A stretch of DNA of 63,440 nt, counting the filler, from Stramenopiles sp. TOSAG23-3 (taxonomy: Eukaryota): the NCBI GenBank assembly GCA_900128585.1. It is 20 parts of 20 records of this genome, joined end to end, with 100 filler letters (N's around TTAATTAATTAA, not from the genome) between each part and the next. Parts side by side here need not be neighbours in the genome. Positions count along the whole stretch, not along the records: positions 28,688 to 31,766 come from LT644429.1; positions 31,867 to 34,944 come from LT644430.1; positions 35,045 to 38,120 come from LT644431.1; positions 38,221 to 41,295 come from LT644432.1; 16 more parts are not named here. The stretch is one strand, 5' to 3'. Below the pieces are notes generated by a model that did no database searches, was not told the DNA's origin, and was given only the letters and a program-made list of their open reading frames with translations. Below, piece by piece: positions 29,485 to 38,680 of this stretch; positions within the stretch are counted from its first letter, which is position 1; every line of letters begins with the position of its first letter. The translations under genes and the position numbers were made by a program.

Positions 29485-31605
29485 TCAATACGGTTTTTCC
29501 CATTGGGATTCACCAGTCACCGAGTTCTGATAATAGACATGCCCAGAGGCGGGATCAACGGCCTCGACCCACAAGGATTCGCTGTTTGCAGCACTGCAAT
29601 CATCGGCCGCACCCCTGCCCGGAGTTTCGACAACACTCTTCAGCCTGGCCAACGGGTCGTTCTCTCCCGTGACGTCGGCGTCGTTCCCGTTGGCGCCGCT
29701 CTCCCGCCCCGGGGTATTTACAACCATGTGAAGCCGAGAGAGGGAGTCGCCTGGCGTCGCTTCGTCGACCTCCCTGCCTGGTGTATTCACAATAGCCTGC
29801 AATCTAGCCAGGGAGTTGCCTTCGGCCGCATCTCCAGACTGCTGGGCGCTTTCTCGCCCTGGAGTGTTAACTATCGTCTGCAATCGTGCCAAAGCGTCGT
29901 CGTTGGTGGGGGCACTGCTGGTGGTTCCGTGCACATCTCTCCCCGGGGTGTTGACGATCGCTTGCAGCCGCGAGAGGGTGTCGTCGTCCGCCCCTCCGCC
30001 CGCACCAAAACCGTTGAAATCGCTGTGGGACGACGCAAGGCGTTCTGTCATTGCCATGTTCACCGTCGTCGAACCGCGCCCTTGCGAGCCCGCGCTGCCA
30101 TACGTGCTAGACCCATGCTGCCCATGGTAGTTGGAGTACGCACTGCTTTCCCCGTGGCCCTGGTAGGTGTAGTCCCTTTCTGAAATGTTCCCAAACTTGT
30201 GGGTTCCCGGCGTGGGGGACTCGTACACTTGGACCAGCGCTTTCCTTGCCGTGGGGCTGGCCGGAACGGCGGGCTTGGACGTCCCACTAAGGGCATTGCC
30301 GGAATCTATCGCGTCTTGTTTCAGAAGATTCACGATATCCTGGTGTTTGTTGCGCAGGGCAATTTCTACTGGTGTCAGGCCGCGCACGTTCTTTGCGTGG
30401 ACGTCCGCAACGCCCTCCAACAAAATCTTTACGCACTCGGCATTTCCGTTTGCGCACGCTGCATGCAGCGCCGTGTCCCCACGATGATCGGCAAGATTCA
30501 CCATTCGGGGGTACTCCGTCACCAAGTCGCAGAAGTACTTGGCGCAGGCCAGCCTGTTCGTCGCAGATGCGCAGAACAGGGGCGACCGGCCTTTCTTGCA
30601 AACGGACATAACGTCCGCCCCGTACTCTACCAGGAGCTTTGCAGAGTCCGAGCTATCGGTCACGTGCAACGGGGTGTACCCTTTCGAGTTTCGCACCGTC
30701 ACGTCCGCGGCGGTCTGCAGGAGCAGCATCACCACGGACGTGTGCCTATAATTGGCGGCCACGTGGAGGGAAGAGTCCCCTTTTCGGTCTACCAGGTTGG
30801 CCCATTCATGCCGATGGTCCAGGAGAAAGGCACAGCAGTCCACGTGGCCTTGGGAGGCCGCGTAGAACAACGGGGTGCGCCCTAGCGAGTCCAGCACCGC
30901 CGCCTCGTCTAAAGAATCTAACAACTGTTCCAGCAGGGAAGTGTCCCCGCTGTAGGCTGCCCAGTGGCATTCTGACGCCGAACTTCCCCCCTTTTTCCCC
31001 TTCTCCCCCGCACCCCCCTTTGCTCGCGGCACCGGGGCAGCCACGGTAGTGTCCGTCTGAATCGAGTAATACTTTTCTATCATTCGCTTAAAGAAGCCGT
31101 CGCTCGACCCCTTTTCCAACGGCGTCATAAAACTCTGACCCCCTTTGCTTGCGGTGCGCCTCTGGTTTCCTACCGTTGATTTTGTTGGGACCATCGGCGG
31201 CAAGCTGGTGTTGGCAGACCCCCCCACGAAGCCAGTTTGCTGCCCAGTCGCACCCAGGGGTGCATATGCCGTTGGCGGGGATTCCGTTGGGATTTGATAC
31301 GGTTCCGTTTCTACTATGCTGTGGTGCGGCGGCACGCCTTGCCCGGCCCTTGGTACGTCACCGAAGGCTGTGCTGTGCCCCGTGTTTTGGCCGCCGACGC
31401 TTTCCTGCACCTCCAGTTGCTGTTGATGGTGCCCCCCCCCCTGCCCTCTAGGGGGGGACTCGACGGCGTACGGTTGCCCCGCCCCCGCTTCGACGGCGGC
31501 TGGCCCAGCGTTGTTCTTGACCGTTAGGTCCTCGTTTGAGTTTAACTTTTCTATGTATTTGAGATAGGCTTCATCGTTCGAACCCTTGGACGCACCGCTG
31601 CCCAT
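29485..31605 (-). CDS. Predicted N-myristoylated ankyrin-repeat protein with C-terminal WW domain
   Basis: Starts MGSGASK; about 6 ankyrin repeats (GRTPLFYAA, GDSSLHVAA, GYTPLH, GDTALHAAC); WW domain WVEAVDPASGHVYYQNSVTGESQWEKP. Confidence 0.9.
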   Translation of the reverse strand: MGSGASKGSNDEAYLKYIEKLNSNEDLTVKNNAGPAAVEAGAGQPYAVESPPRGQGGGHHQQQLEVQESVGGQNTGHSTAFGDVPRAGQGVPPHHSIVETEPYQIPTESPPTAYAPLGATGQQTGFVGGSANTSLPPMVPTKSTVGNQRRTASKGGQSFMTPLEKGSSDGFFKRMIEKYYSIQTDTTVAAPVPRAKGGAGEKGKKGGSSASECHWAAYSGDTSLLEQLLDSLDEAAVLDSLGRTPLFYAASQGHVDCCAFLLDHRHEWANLVDRKGDSSLHVAANYRHTSVVMLLLQTAADVTVRNSKGYTPLHVTDSSDSAKLLVEYGADVMSVCKKGRSPLFCASATNRLACAKYFCDLVTEYPRMVNLADHRGDTALHAACANGNAECVKILLEGVADVHAKNVRGLTPVEIALRNKHQDIVNLLKQDAIDSGNALSGTSKPAVPASPTARKALVQVYESPTPGTHKFGNISERDYTYQGHGESSAYSNYHGQHGSSTYGSAGSQGRGSTTVNMAMTERLASSHSDFNGFGAGGGADDDTLSRLQAIVNTPGRDVHGTTSSAPTNDDALARLQTIVNTPGRESAQQSGDAAEGNSLARLQAIVNTPGREVDEATPGDSLSRLHMVVNTPGRESGANGNDADVTGENDPLARLKSVVETPGRGAADDCSAANSESLWVEAVDPASGHVYYQNSVTGESQWEKPY

Positions 31606-31867
31606 GGCTTGTTCTTTTGCAAGCACGAGAAACGTAATAGGAACTGACAGACACAACAGGTGGGCGTGCAGGTATCAGTTTTACTACGGGACTCCACCTT
31701 TCATATTCGTCGTTGTGGACTATTTTATTATTTTTTTCTACCCTTCTATCACCTCTCTCTACCGAANNNNNNNNNNNNNNNNNNNNNNNNNNNNNNNNNN
31801 NNNNNNNNNNTTAATTAATTAANNNNNNNNNNNNNNNNNNNNNNNNNNNNNNNNNNNNNNNNNNNNT

Positions 31868-33655
31868 GCACTAAATCGGCATTTCTTGTTCCCCTCTATC
31901 ATAAGGATTATTCCGGGCAAAACTATACGCATTCAGATGAGAATTGATATGTACCAAGTGAACCCGCACTTGAATAATAATGAAATTGCAAAAAATACGC
32001 ATCGTCTATTCAAAGAGGGTTTCCGGGAAACAATTGGTCATTTAAAGAATGAGTTTAACTGGCCTAGCACCACAAGTATTAAGTTGACAAAAATTGATGC
32101 GCCGCGCAGTAATTCCATGGTATACCGAAATAATAGCATCATTTTAGAAACTGCTTATGAACAACAGTTGCAAAAAAGAGATATAATTCGGGAACTGGAT
32201 GAAGACGAACGCTGGGCGCTTCTGGAACATATTCGTTCCAATTATTTTGAAGCGCGGGCGAATATATCTTTGCACAGGGAAGAAGTTTTGAAAAATTTAA
32301 AGAGTGATTTGAAGTTGGAAAATATGTCAGGACCTAACGTCCTTGCGAAAAATCTATTTGTACGCAGTGGTCTTGCCCTGGACCAAGGAAGCCTAACGCA
32401 GGAGGATAAATACAATTCAGAAAAACTTCTTGGAATGGCAACAGAGAAAGAGACGCGCCTGAAAGATAAGCACAAGCAAGCCCTTCAACAAGTGGCAGAT
32501 ATAGAAACAAAAATTCGAATATCAAATGCTTATGAGCAAACGCAAGATGAAGCTGAAAAAAACTCGCTGCTTCACACAAGTAAGATGCTCAGAGAACAAA
32601 TCAAAGCATACAAGGTCTCCCTAGAGAGTATGACAAAAAAACAACTCACAACTTTAACTGACTTAAAGAAGGCACTTGAGCAAACAGCCTTTGAGAAGCG
32701 GAGAAATATAAATATTTCAAGAGAACTCGATTTTGCGTCCCCTATCTCACAGACTAAGTCGTTAAATGAGAAAATCCAAACTGCTAATGTTGCTGTAGGA
32801 TATCTAAAAAGAAGGCTCGCAGAAGGGGAATCCCAACGTAACAGTACAATCCGTTTGCACAAGCAAACCGTTTCTGCATTAAAGAGCAAGCTCGAAAAGG
32901 TGGAATCGAAAGCATCAGAGAGAACGAAAAAATACGAGCGTAGATTGGATGAAATTGTAACGGGTGCATCTTCCATACTTGGAGATGCACTGTCTTCAAT
33001 ACCAAGGTCAAACTATACAAGTTTACAAAAATACAGGAGCGAGAAGCTAATTGCAACGGCAATGGACACAAAGACTAAGTTTTTCAACGCAGAGAATAGT
33101 CAGAAAATTCTTCAACTGCGTGATAACTTAAATCAAAGTACAACAGCTCTTCTTGCAGCAAGAAAAGGGAAGGTTGCTAGCGAACGTGCGCATTCCAAAG
33201 TGTTGGCTGACATGCAAAGGAATCATGCCCGAGAAATTAAAAGTATGAAGTCACAAAATGAAAAAGACATTGAATCGCTCAAGGTAGAATTTAAAAAATT
33301 AAAAACCGACTTGAAACATTCAAATGTCTTGTTTCGCGAGAAAATAGATGCAGAATACAAGTTAAAACTGTCGCGTTACAATCATAAGAAAAATGCTTCA
33401 GGTATAGGTCCTAGGAAGTTGCTGAATAGGCAACAAGCAGGAATGGGCGAAGTGTTTTTAAAATACAAGAATATTTTGCAGCGAGCCCAAACTAAAATTG
33501 CCCTTGCTGATTATACTGAGCACCTCTGTCAAAAAAATGGCGCAGAGGACTTGCTCCGTAAAAAAGTTACTTGCGAGCGGGCTGTTTCACTAAGAAAAGA
33601 TGCAATCTCATCTATGAAATCAGCTATGGCACTAACTAGAAATGCTAAAACTTAG
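31868..33655 (+). CDS. Coiled-coil protein of unknown function (5'-partial)
   Basis: About 595-codon open frame with K/E/L-rich heptads. Confidence 0.75.
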   Translation, partial: ALNRHFLFPSIIRIIPGKTIRIQMRIDMYQVNPHLNNNEIAKNTHRLFKEGFRETIGHLKNEFNWPSTTSIKLTKIDAPRSNSMVYRNNSIILETAYEQQLQKRDIIRELDEDERWALLEHIRSNYFEARANISLHREEVLKNLKSDLKLENMSGPNVLAKNLFVRSGLALDQGSLTQEDKYNSEKLLGMATEKETRLKDKHKQALQQVADIETKIRISNAYEQTQDEAEKNSLLHTSKMLREQIKAYKVSLESMTKKQLTTLTDLKKALEQTAFEKRRNINISRELDFASPISQTKSLNEKIQTANVAVGYLKRRLAEGESQRNSTIRLHKQTVSALKSKLEKVESKASERTKKYERRLDEIVTGASSILGDALSSIPRSNYTSLQKYRSEKLIATAMDTKTKFFNAENSQKILQLRDNLNQSTTALLAARKGKVASERAHSKVLADMQRNHAREIKSMKSQNEKDIESLKVEFKKLKTDLKHSNVLFREKIDAEYKLKLSRYNHKKNASGIGPRKLLNRQQAGMGEVFLKYKNILQRAQTKIALADYTEHLCQKNGAEDLLRKKVTCERAVSLRKDAISSMKSAMALTRNAKT

Positions 33656-33822
33656 AAGTGAACTTTAAAAAATACATTAAGAACCAACTTATATGCGTTC
33701 ATAAAAAAAGAAGATATTTGTAAAAAAAACTTAGAAGAATAACACATTTATAATTATAAAGCACCCCATTTCCTTTTTTATCAAAACATACGTGGGGAAG
33801 ATAAATTTTAATTTCACATAAA

Positions 33823-34120
33823 GATAGTTTGGCGCGACCATACGACCAGGTCACCTTACGCCAAGACTATCAGAATAGTTTTTGAGGCAGATCCAGGCAT
33901 CTACAACAATAATAGCCGCTGTCTCAAACAATCTTCTGATAGTTTGACGCGACCATCCGACCAGGTCACCTTACGCCAAGACTACCAGAATAGTTTTTGG
34001 GGCAGATCCAGGCATCTACAAAACAATAATAGCCGCTGTCTCAAAAATCTTCTGGTAGTTTGACGCGACCATCCGATCAGGTCACCTTATGCCAAGACTA
34101 CCAGAATAGGTTTTCAAGCA
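33823..34120. repeat. Tandem repeat, 115-116-bp unit, about 2.6 copies, built of alternately inverted ~32-bp motifs
   Basis: Units start at 33823, 33938 and 34054. 33859-33890 is the near reverse complement of 33919-33949. Confidence 0.9.
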
Positions 34121-34375
34121 GAGTTTTAAAAGCCCACAGCAGGTGTAAAAAACGGATATTTGTAGATATAACATGCCTTTCTGGTTTATGGCACTAATTT
34201 GAATTATTATTTATAGACTGATTGTAATAACAAATAGTAATTTATTATATTATAGTCGTCTATGGATAAAAATAATTTATGGTATTTTTACGCCCTCTAA
34301 TTTGCGTAACGCTATCACTATGTAAATAACTTGAAAACAAAAGAAATGATACCGAGTTGTCGAGAGACCACTAAG

Positions 34376-34478
34376 TAGAACAAGCTGCTCACGTAATGAA
34401 AAATGCCTGCTAATCAAAAATGCACGCGGTGGAAAAATGAATAGCAGGTGTTTACCACTACGGGAACAGCTTGTTCTA
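34376..34478. repeat. Imperfect palindrome with 37-bp arms (MITE-like or hairpin)
   Basis: Arms 34376-34412 and 34442-34478 match at 30/37 positions by hand alignment. Confidence 0.8.
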
Positions 34479-34516
34479 GCAAAAATGAGCTGCAGATTTC
34501 GAGGGTTAAGTATGGT

Positions 34517-34944
34517 TAATATGATATCCAACACTTTGATGTTCAGCGTTTCTGGTTCGCAGCTTAGGGCTAGAACTGACCGCAGGATTTGGTCAGCTTT
34601 GATGAGCTCTTGGCCAGTGAAGGCATCTCCGAAAGTCACTGATTCTTCATGGCTGGCGGTCAGTTCGATGAATTGCCTTTGGAGCGTTTCGTGAATGTGC
34701 TTTTGTTGGATTAGCTTTTTTGAAGCTCTTCTTGTCCTCGTCTGTGCTGACGAAGTCAAAGCCCTTGGCTATGATGGCGGCCGGTGGGCTGATGGCTGGC
34801 AGTACAGGTATGTCTTCATGCCCATCAGGTCCTTGAGATTGGCCTTTGGTAGCTTCGATGTGAACGGCAAGTTTACCCTGGGGTCTTTTGCACAGGTGGA
34901 TATGTTTTTGGGCCCATGACCTAATATGATATCCAACATTTTGA
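34517..34944 (-). pseudogene. Disrupted coding-like segment bounded by a 23-bp direct repeat (405-bp period)
   Basis: TAATATGATATCCAACAyTTTGA at 34517 and 34922. The minus frame is open apart from a TAG at 34769-34771. Confidence 0.35.
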
Positions 34945-35046
34945 NNNNNNNNNNNNNNNNNNNNNNNNNNNNNNNNNNNNNNNNNNNNTTAATTAATTAA
35001 NNNNNNNNNNNNNNNNNNNNNNNNNNNNNNNNNNNNNNNNNNNNCG

Positions 35047-36504
35047 TTTGCGTTCACCGTGAACTTTGTCTTCGGGGCAGGGGTCCTCAGCATACCCTAC
35101 AGCGTTGCGCACGCGGGGATCGTTGGCAGCTGCGTGTTCATGGTGTTCACGGCGTTTCTGAGTGCCATGTCGATGATCTGGATCGTCGAAGCGCTCGGCC
35201 GCGCCGAAGCGCTCCTGCGAAACCAGGAGGAGATGGAACTCGCGTCCCCGACGCTGGAACGGTTCAGCCTGCGCGCCGAGAACCAAGGCCCCGGGGCCTT
35301 TCGCATCTCCCGGCGGCGCCTGGAAGTCAACGAACTGACGACCCTGTTTTTGGGAAAATTCATGGGCAACTTCTACAGCGTATGCGTCACGCTGTACTGC
35401 ATTTGCTCCATGTGGTTTTACGGGGTCATATTCTCGCTATCGCTGACGCAGACGATGCCCCTGTCGTTCTTTCCGAGCACGTATATCCCTGGAAAATGGC
35501 ACGAAGGGAGCACGTGCGACTTTAGCAACGACCTTGGCTCCGTCGGTGCCGAGTGCCGCGGAACGTACACCTTTTACCTCGGGGTTTTCCTGATCGTGAC
35601 GATGATCGCTGCCTGCTTCGACCTTGCCGAGCAGAAAAAGCTTCAATCATTCTTTACCATTCTTGCGATGAGCTCCATCGTCTGCATGCTGATCACGCTC
35701 CTTGTGTCGATGTCCTTGCACCCGTACGAAGGGGAAGGGGGCTCGTCGAACCATTCCCTCTTCGACGAGGCCAAGTACGCGCCCGGGTACCAGCCGGTCC
35801 CCTTGTGGATCGACTGGGGAGGGTTCAGCGTGGCGTACATGAACTTCGTCTTTGCGTTCTTGGCACACACGGGCGTGCCTGGCCTGGTCCAACTGCTCAA
35901 GGACAAGAGCCAGGCCCCAAAGGTGTTCATGGGCGCGATGGGCACGGCCTGCACCGTATACATGGCCTTGGGCGCGGTTGCCGCGTACTACTTTGGCACC
36001 AACCCTCACTACGGCATTCAGAAGCTGGTCACGTTGAACTGGCGAAACTACAACGGCGACGACAGCCCGGCGGATACCGGTTCGGCCCTGACCATCTTCA
36101 TCTCGTACATGGTCAGGATGTACCCGGTCATTTCGGTTACCTCTGCGTTCACCTTGTACGCTGACACCGTGGCTGCCAGCGTCCGGGCCGCGATGTGCCC
36201 ACGGTTCGGCCCGAAGAACATCAAGATCCTGTGGCGATGGGTCTTCATCGTCATCAGCATCTTTGGGGCGGCGATGAAGTCGGACATTTCTGTCATCATC
36301 ACCGTGTGCGGGCTGCTCGGGATTATCCTGGTAATGGTGGTGCCCAGCCTCCTTCAGATTTACTCAAAGAAGCAGTGCAACGAAGAGTTTGGACGGTCCC
36401 GCACACCTTTTTCCTGGCACTTTAGCAACAACGCGTACGTGTACGGGATGGTCATCTTTGGGTTTTTGAGTGGAGTCTACTGCATTTATTACATCAAGCT
36501 GTGA
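35047..36504 (+). CDS. Amino-acid transporter (Aa_trans/AAAP family), TMEM104-like (5'-partial)
   Basis: Motifs NFVFGAGVLSIPY, IVEALGRA, FAFLAHTGVPGL and LVTLNW, with about 11 TM helices. Confidence 0.85.
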   Translation, partial: FAFTVNFVFGAGVLSIPYSVAHAGIVGSCVFMVFTAFLSAMSMIWIVEALGRAEALLRNQEEMELASPTLERFSLRAENQGPGAFRISRRRLEVNELTTLFLGKFMGNFYSVCVTLYCICSMWFYGVIFSLSLTQTMPLSFFPSTYIPGKWHEGSTCDFSNDLGSVGAECRGTYTFYLGVFLIVTMIAACFDLAEQKKLQSFFTILAMSSIVCMLITLLVSMSLHPYEGEGGSSNHSLFDEAKYAPGYQPVPLWIDWGGFSVAYMNFVFAFLAHTGVPGLVQLLKDKSQAPKVFMGAMGTACTVYMALGAVAAYYFGTNPHYGIQKLVTLNWRNYNGDDSPADTGSALTIFISYMVRMYPVISVTSAFTLYADTVAASVRAAMCPRFGPKNIKILWRWVFIVISIFGAAMKSDISVIITVCGLLGIILVMVVPSLLQIYSKKQCNEEFGRSRTPFSWHFSNNAYVYGMVIFGFLSGVYCIYYIKL

Positions 36505-36710
36505 GTGTTGCCTCTTCGTAAACGGGAAAACGCAAAAAGGAACAGAGAGGCACAGTGACGCGAAAAAGAAACAAACGCACGACACGCAAATTAAAAAACA
36601 GTAAATTAACAATGGTAAAACCATTTAAATATTTCTAAAAAGGAATATTTTTGTTTTTTGATTTTAAAAAGGTTTAACTCTAGTCACAAACCCAATGTGC
36701 GTGCATTGAT

Positions 36711-37907
36711 TCACGGGGTCTGCCAGTTTGGGGAGACGCCTGCGAGCAAATCGATGTACTTCTTCTTTGCATCGTCAGATGATATTCCCTGGTACTTCTT
36801 CCACCCATCCCACTTTGCCGCACCCACAGGGTCCGTAAAGCCGCTCGGTCGTGCCCCCTTGTTGTCCCCAACGGTCGCTTGCTTGAACAGGCCATAGAAA
36901 TCAACCTTTTGTGCGCTTGACAAGGACTTCTCTTTACGAACCCGAGACGTCGCCGAGTCGAACAGTTTCTCGTCCACCACTTTACTTGAAGGGACTCCAT
37001 CATCTTGCGCTTTGCTACCCTCGCACGGAGGAACGGCAGGGTCAGGTGCTGCCGCGGCACTTGCCGCATCGTCGCCCCCTTCGTTTGGGTACAGTTCCGC
37101 GAGCCGTTCCGTGAAGAAGTCGACGGCAATTTGAAACTTTTCGTTGAAACCGTCAACGACCATGCTTTCTGCCTTGCTCCGAACAAACCCAGGGACACCA
37201 GGCATGGACACCTCCCCCGTTTCAACCATCAGGGTATGCTTCGGGTTGGACGGATCGGGCTGGTAGACCTGGACGTCCAGTATTTGTCCGTATTCCTTGA
37301 AGTCCCCGTTCACCGTAACAAATGTCAACGTCTTGTTTTCTACGTCGAGCAAGGAATCTTCCTCGAAAGTAACGATATCTTTGGACAAAAATTTCAGCGC
37401 CCATGGCACTTCCTCCTCATTTTTCAAAGTGAAGACGCGGCGGCGCACCTCGTACTTTTCCGTCTGTGAGACAACCGTGGTTTCGACTTTCAGAACGTCC
37501 GGCTGTTTCGGATCCGGCAAAGGTTCCCTCAACTTCTTCCACACGCCCTTCACGACGTTGTCAAAACTGTGCTCGTACACGACACGCTTTTCTGGGTATT
37601 TGGTCGCCCCTGGCCTGTAGTTTATATTCAACACCGGGGCCCCGTCGGTCGCCTTTCGCCCCTTTTTCTTCCGCTTCCTCCTTTTGCCAGCTTTCTTTCT
37701 TTTTCCCGCCTGTGAGCGGACAAGAAAGTGCGACTGCCAAGACCAAAACAAGCCGTACCCCAAGATTACAAACGCAGCTTGCCCGACAAGACGAGTCGTT
37801 GACAGAGACGACGCTACCACTGCGCAAGCGAAGGAGTACTGGAGGCGCAGCATTATGCCCGCGTCCTTGCCCAACGGCGGGGGCACCGCAACCCCAACAA
37901 GTTCCAT
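36711..37907 (-). CDS. PRELI/MSF1 lipid-transfer domain fused to a C-terminal acyl-CoA-binding (ACBP) domain, with N-terminal TM segment (true start may be in an upstream exon)
   Basis: PRELI: YEHSFDNVVKGVWKK..PDP..VPW..FEEDSLLD..YQPDPSNPKHT. ACBP: FYGLFKQATVGD..AKWDGW..AKKKYI. Confidence 0.85.
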   Translation of the reverse strand: MELVGVAVPPPLGKDAGIMLRLQYSFACAVVASSLSTTRLVGQAAFVILGYGLFWSWQSHFLVRSQAGKRKKAGKRRKRKKKGRKATDGAPVLNINYRPGATKYPEKRVVYEHSFDNVVKGVWKKLREPLPDPKQPDVLKVETTVVSQTEKYEVRRRVFTLKNEEEVPWALKFLSKDIVTFEEDSLLDVENKTLTFVTVNGDFKEYGQILDVQVYQPDPSNPKHTLMVETGEVSMPGVPGFVRSKAESMVVDGFNEKFQIAVDFFTERLAELYPNEGGDDAASAAAAPDPAVPPCEGSKAQDDGVPSSKVVDEKLFDSATSRVRKEKSLSSAQKVDFYGLFKQATVGDNKGARPSGFTDPVGAAKWDGWKKYQGISSDDAKKKYIDLLAGVSPNWQTP

Positions 37908-38680
37908 ACCTTGGTAGAAAACAAATAAATTATGTGTTGCCAAAGAAAAAACAACCCCTGTAGTGTAGTAATAAATACTCTCAATGTTATATCCAACGTA
38001 TACGCACATAAAAAGAAAAAACCCTGTACGGACAGGAAACTACATACATAATTCAGAAGAAAAAAAAGAAGCAGGCAGGCGGCGGCGGCGTTTTAAAACA
38101 AAAAAAAAAAAAAAAAAAAANNNNNNNNNNNNNNNNNNNNNNNNNNNNNNNNNNNNNNNNNNNNTTAATTAATTAANNNNNNNNNNNNNNNNNNNNNNNN
38201 NNNNNNNNNNNNNNNNNNNNATTATTGGATTAGCTTTATTTATTAATTAAAATATATAATTAATATTTGAGATACGATTTCTTCTTCATTCTTTAGCTCA
38301 ACTGATACAACATACAACTCATATACAACAAACAACAGAAAAAAACAAAAATTATATAGAGAGGAGATCATACTGTATATAAAATATATTATTATATTTA
38401 TAATACTTATTAGCTTTTTTTGTATAACATTATATAAATATATAAAAATGTAATATCTTCTAAAGCGTTACATATCGCCATAGCATATCTCATTCATTTC
38501 TTCTCATTAAAATTATTATTACTTCTTCTCCGTGGGGCGTGTTCTGATTTGACAAGAAAGTTCACACAAACCTTCATCTTTCCGATTGCTCGAATTCATA
38601 TTGTGAAACAAACTGAGACATCAATTCTGGTATACCAAAAAGAGTAATAGAGGCAGTTTGGGCGCCGCTACTGTACAGAC

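Noticed and set aside
33823-34120. CRISPR array or hammerhead ribozyme array
   Set aside because: Spacers repeat rather than vary, there are no cas genes, and no CUGANGA core was seen on either strand.
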